From Lytechinus pictus (lineage: Eukaryota), in assembly GCF_037042905.1 (NCBI RefSeq), contig NC_087250.1, forward strand, positions 10,356,001 to 10,420,000: DNA of 64,000 nucleotides, written 5' to 3'. The notes below the pieces were generated by a model. The model searched no databases. It was not told the DNA's origin and saw only the letters and a list, made by a program, of their open reading frames with translations. Below are positions 63,712 to 64,000 of this stretch, piece after piece; the first letter of the stretch is position 1, and each line of letters begins with the position of its first letter. The translations under genes and the position numbers were made by a program.

Positions 63712-63943
63712 ATCCAACCATCCATGCATGCATGAATCCATCCATTCGTCCATCCCTCCATCTCTCAATCTATCTATCCATCTCTCCATCCATCCATCTT
63801 CTCCCTCCCTCCATCCCTCTCTCCATCCATCCATCCATCCATTCATCAATTCTTGTCTATCTATCTATCTATCTATCTATCCATCCATCCATCTTCTTCC
63901 TCCCTCCCTCCATCCCTCTCTCCATTCATCCATCCATCAGTTC

Positions 63944-64000
<57 letters not shown>
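63712..64000. repeat. (ATCC)n/(ATCT)n microsatellite
   Basis: Direct reading. Confidence 0.95.

Overview
This is eukaryotic, AT-rich, repeat-dense animal DNA. The repeat landscape (poly-G MITEs, TTAA elements, Deu-domain SINE) suggests an invertebrate deuterostome, probably a sea urchin; that is inference. The right 37 kb holds the 3' part of one large minus-strand gene. I assembled 25 GT-AG exons by hand (63581 down to stop at 27152; 5025 nt, about 1674 aa, all phases consistent, 5' end beyond the window). Its first visible exon resembles the FSIP2 N-terminal motif. Next come a charged coiled coil, four consecutive AKAP-like amphipathic helices, and an acidic then Ser/Arg-rich tail with many RRxS sites. 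The best candidate for something new is therefore a multivalent PKA/D-D-domain scaffold. At about 20.16-20.45 kb is a probable first exon of a second minus-strand gene: ATG directly followed by GTAAGT, five tiny uORFs and a CRE palindrome. Its intron seems to fill the left 20 kb. The rest is non-autonomous DNA transposons, tRNA-SINEs, LINE 3' ends and microsatellites. I found no CRISPR, rRNA or true tRNA genes. All family names come from memory and pattern, not from searches.
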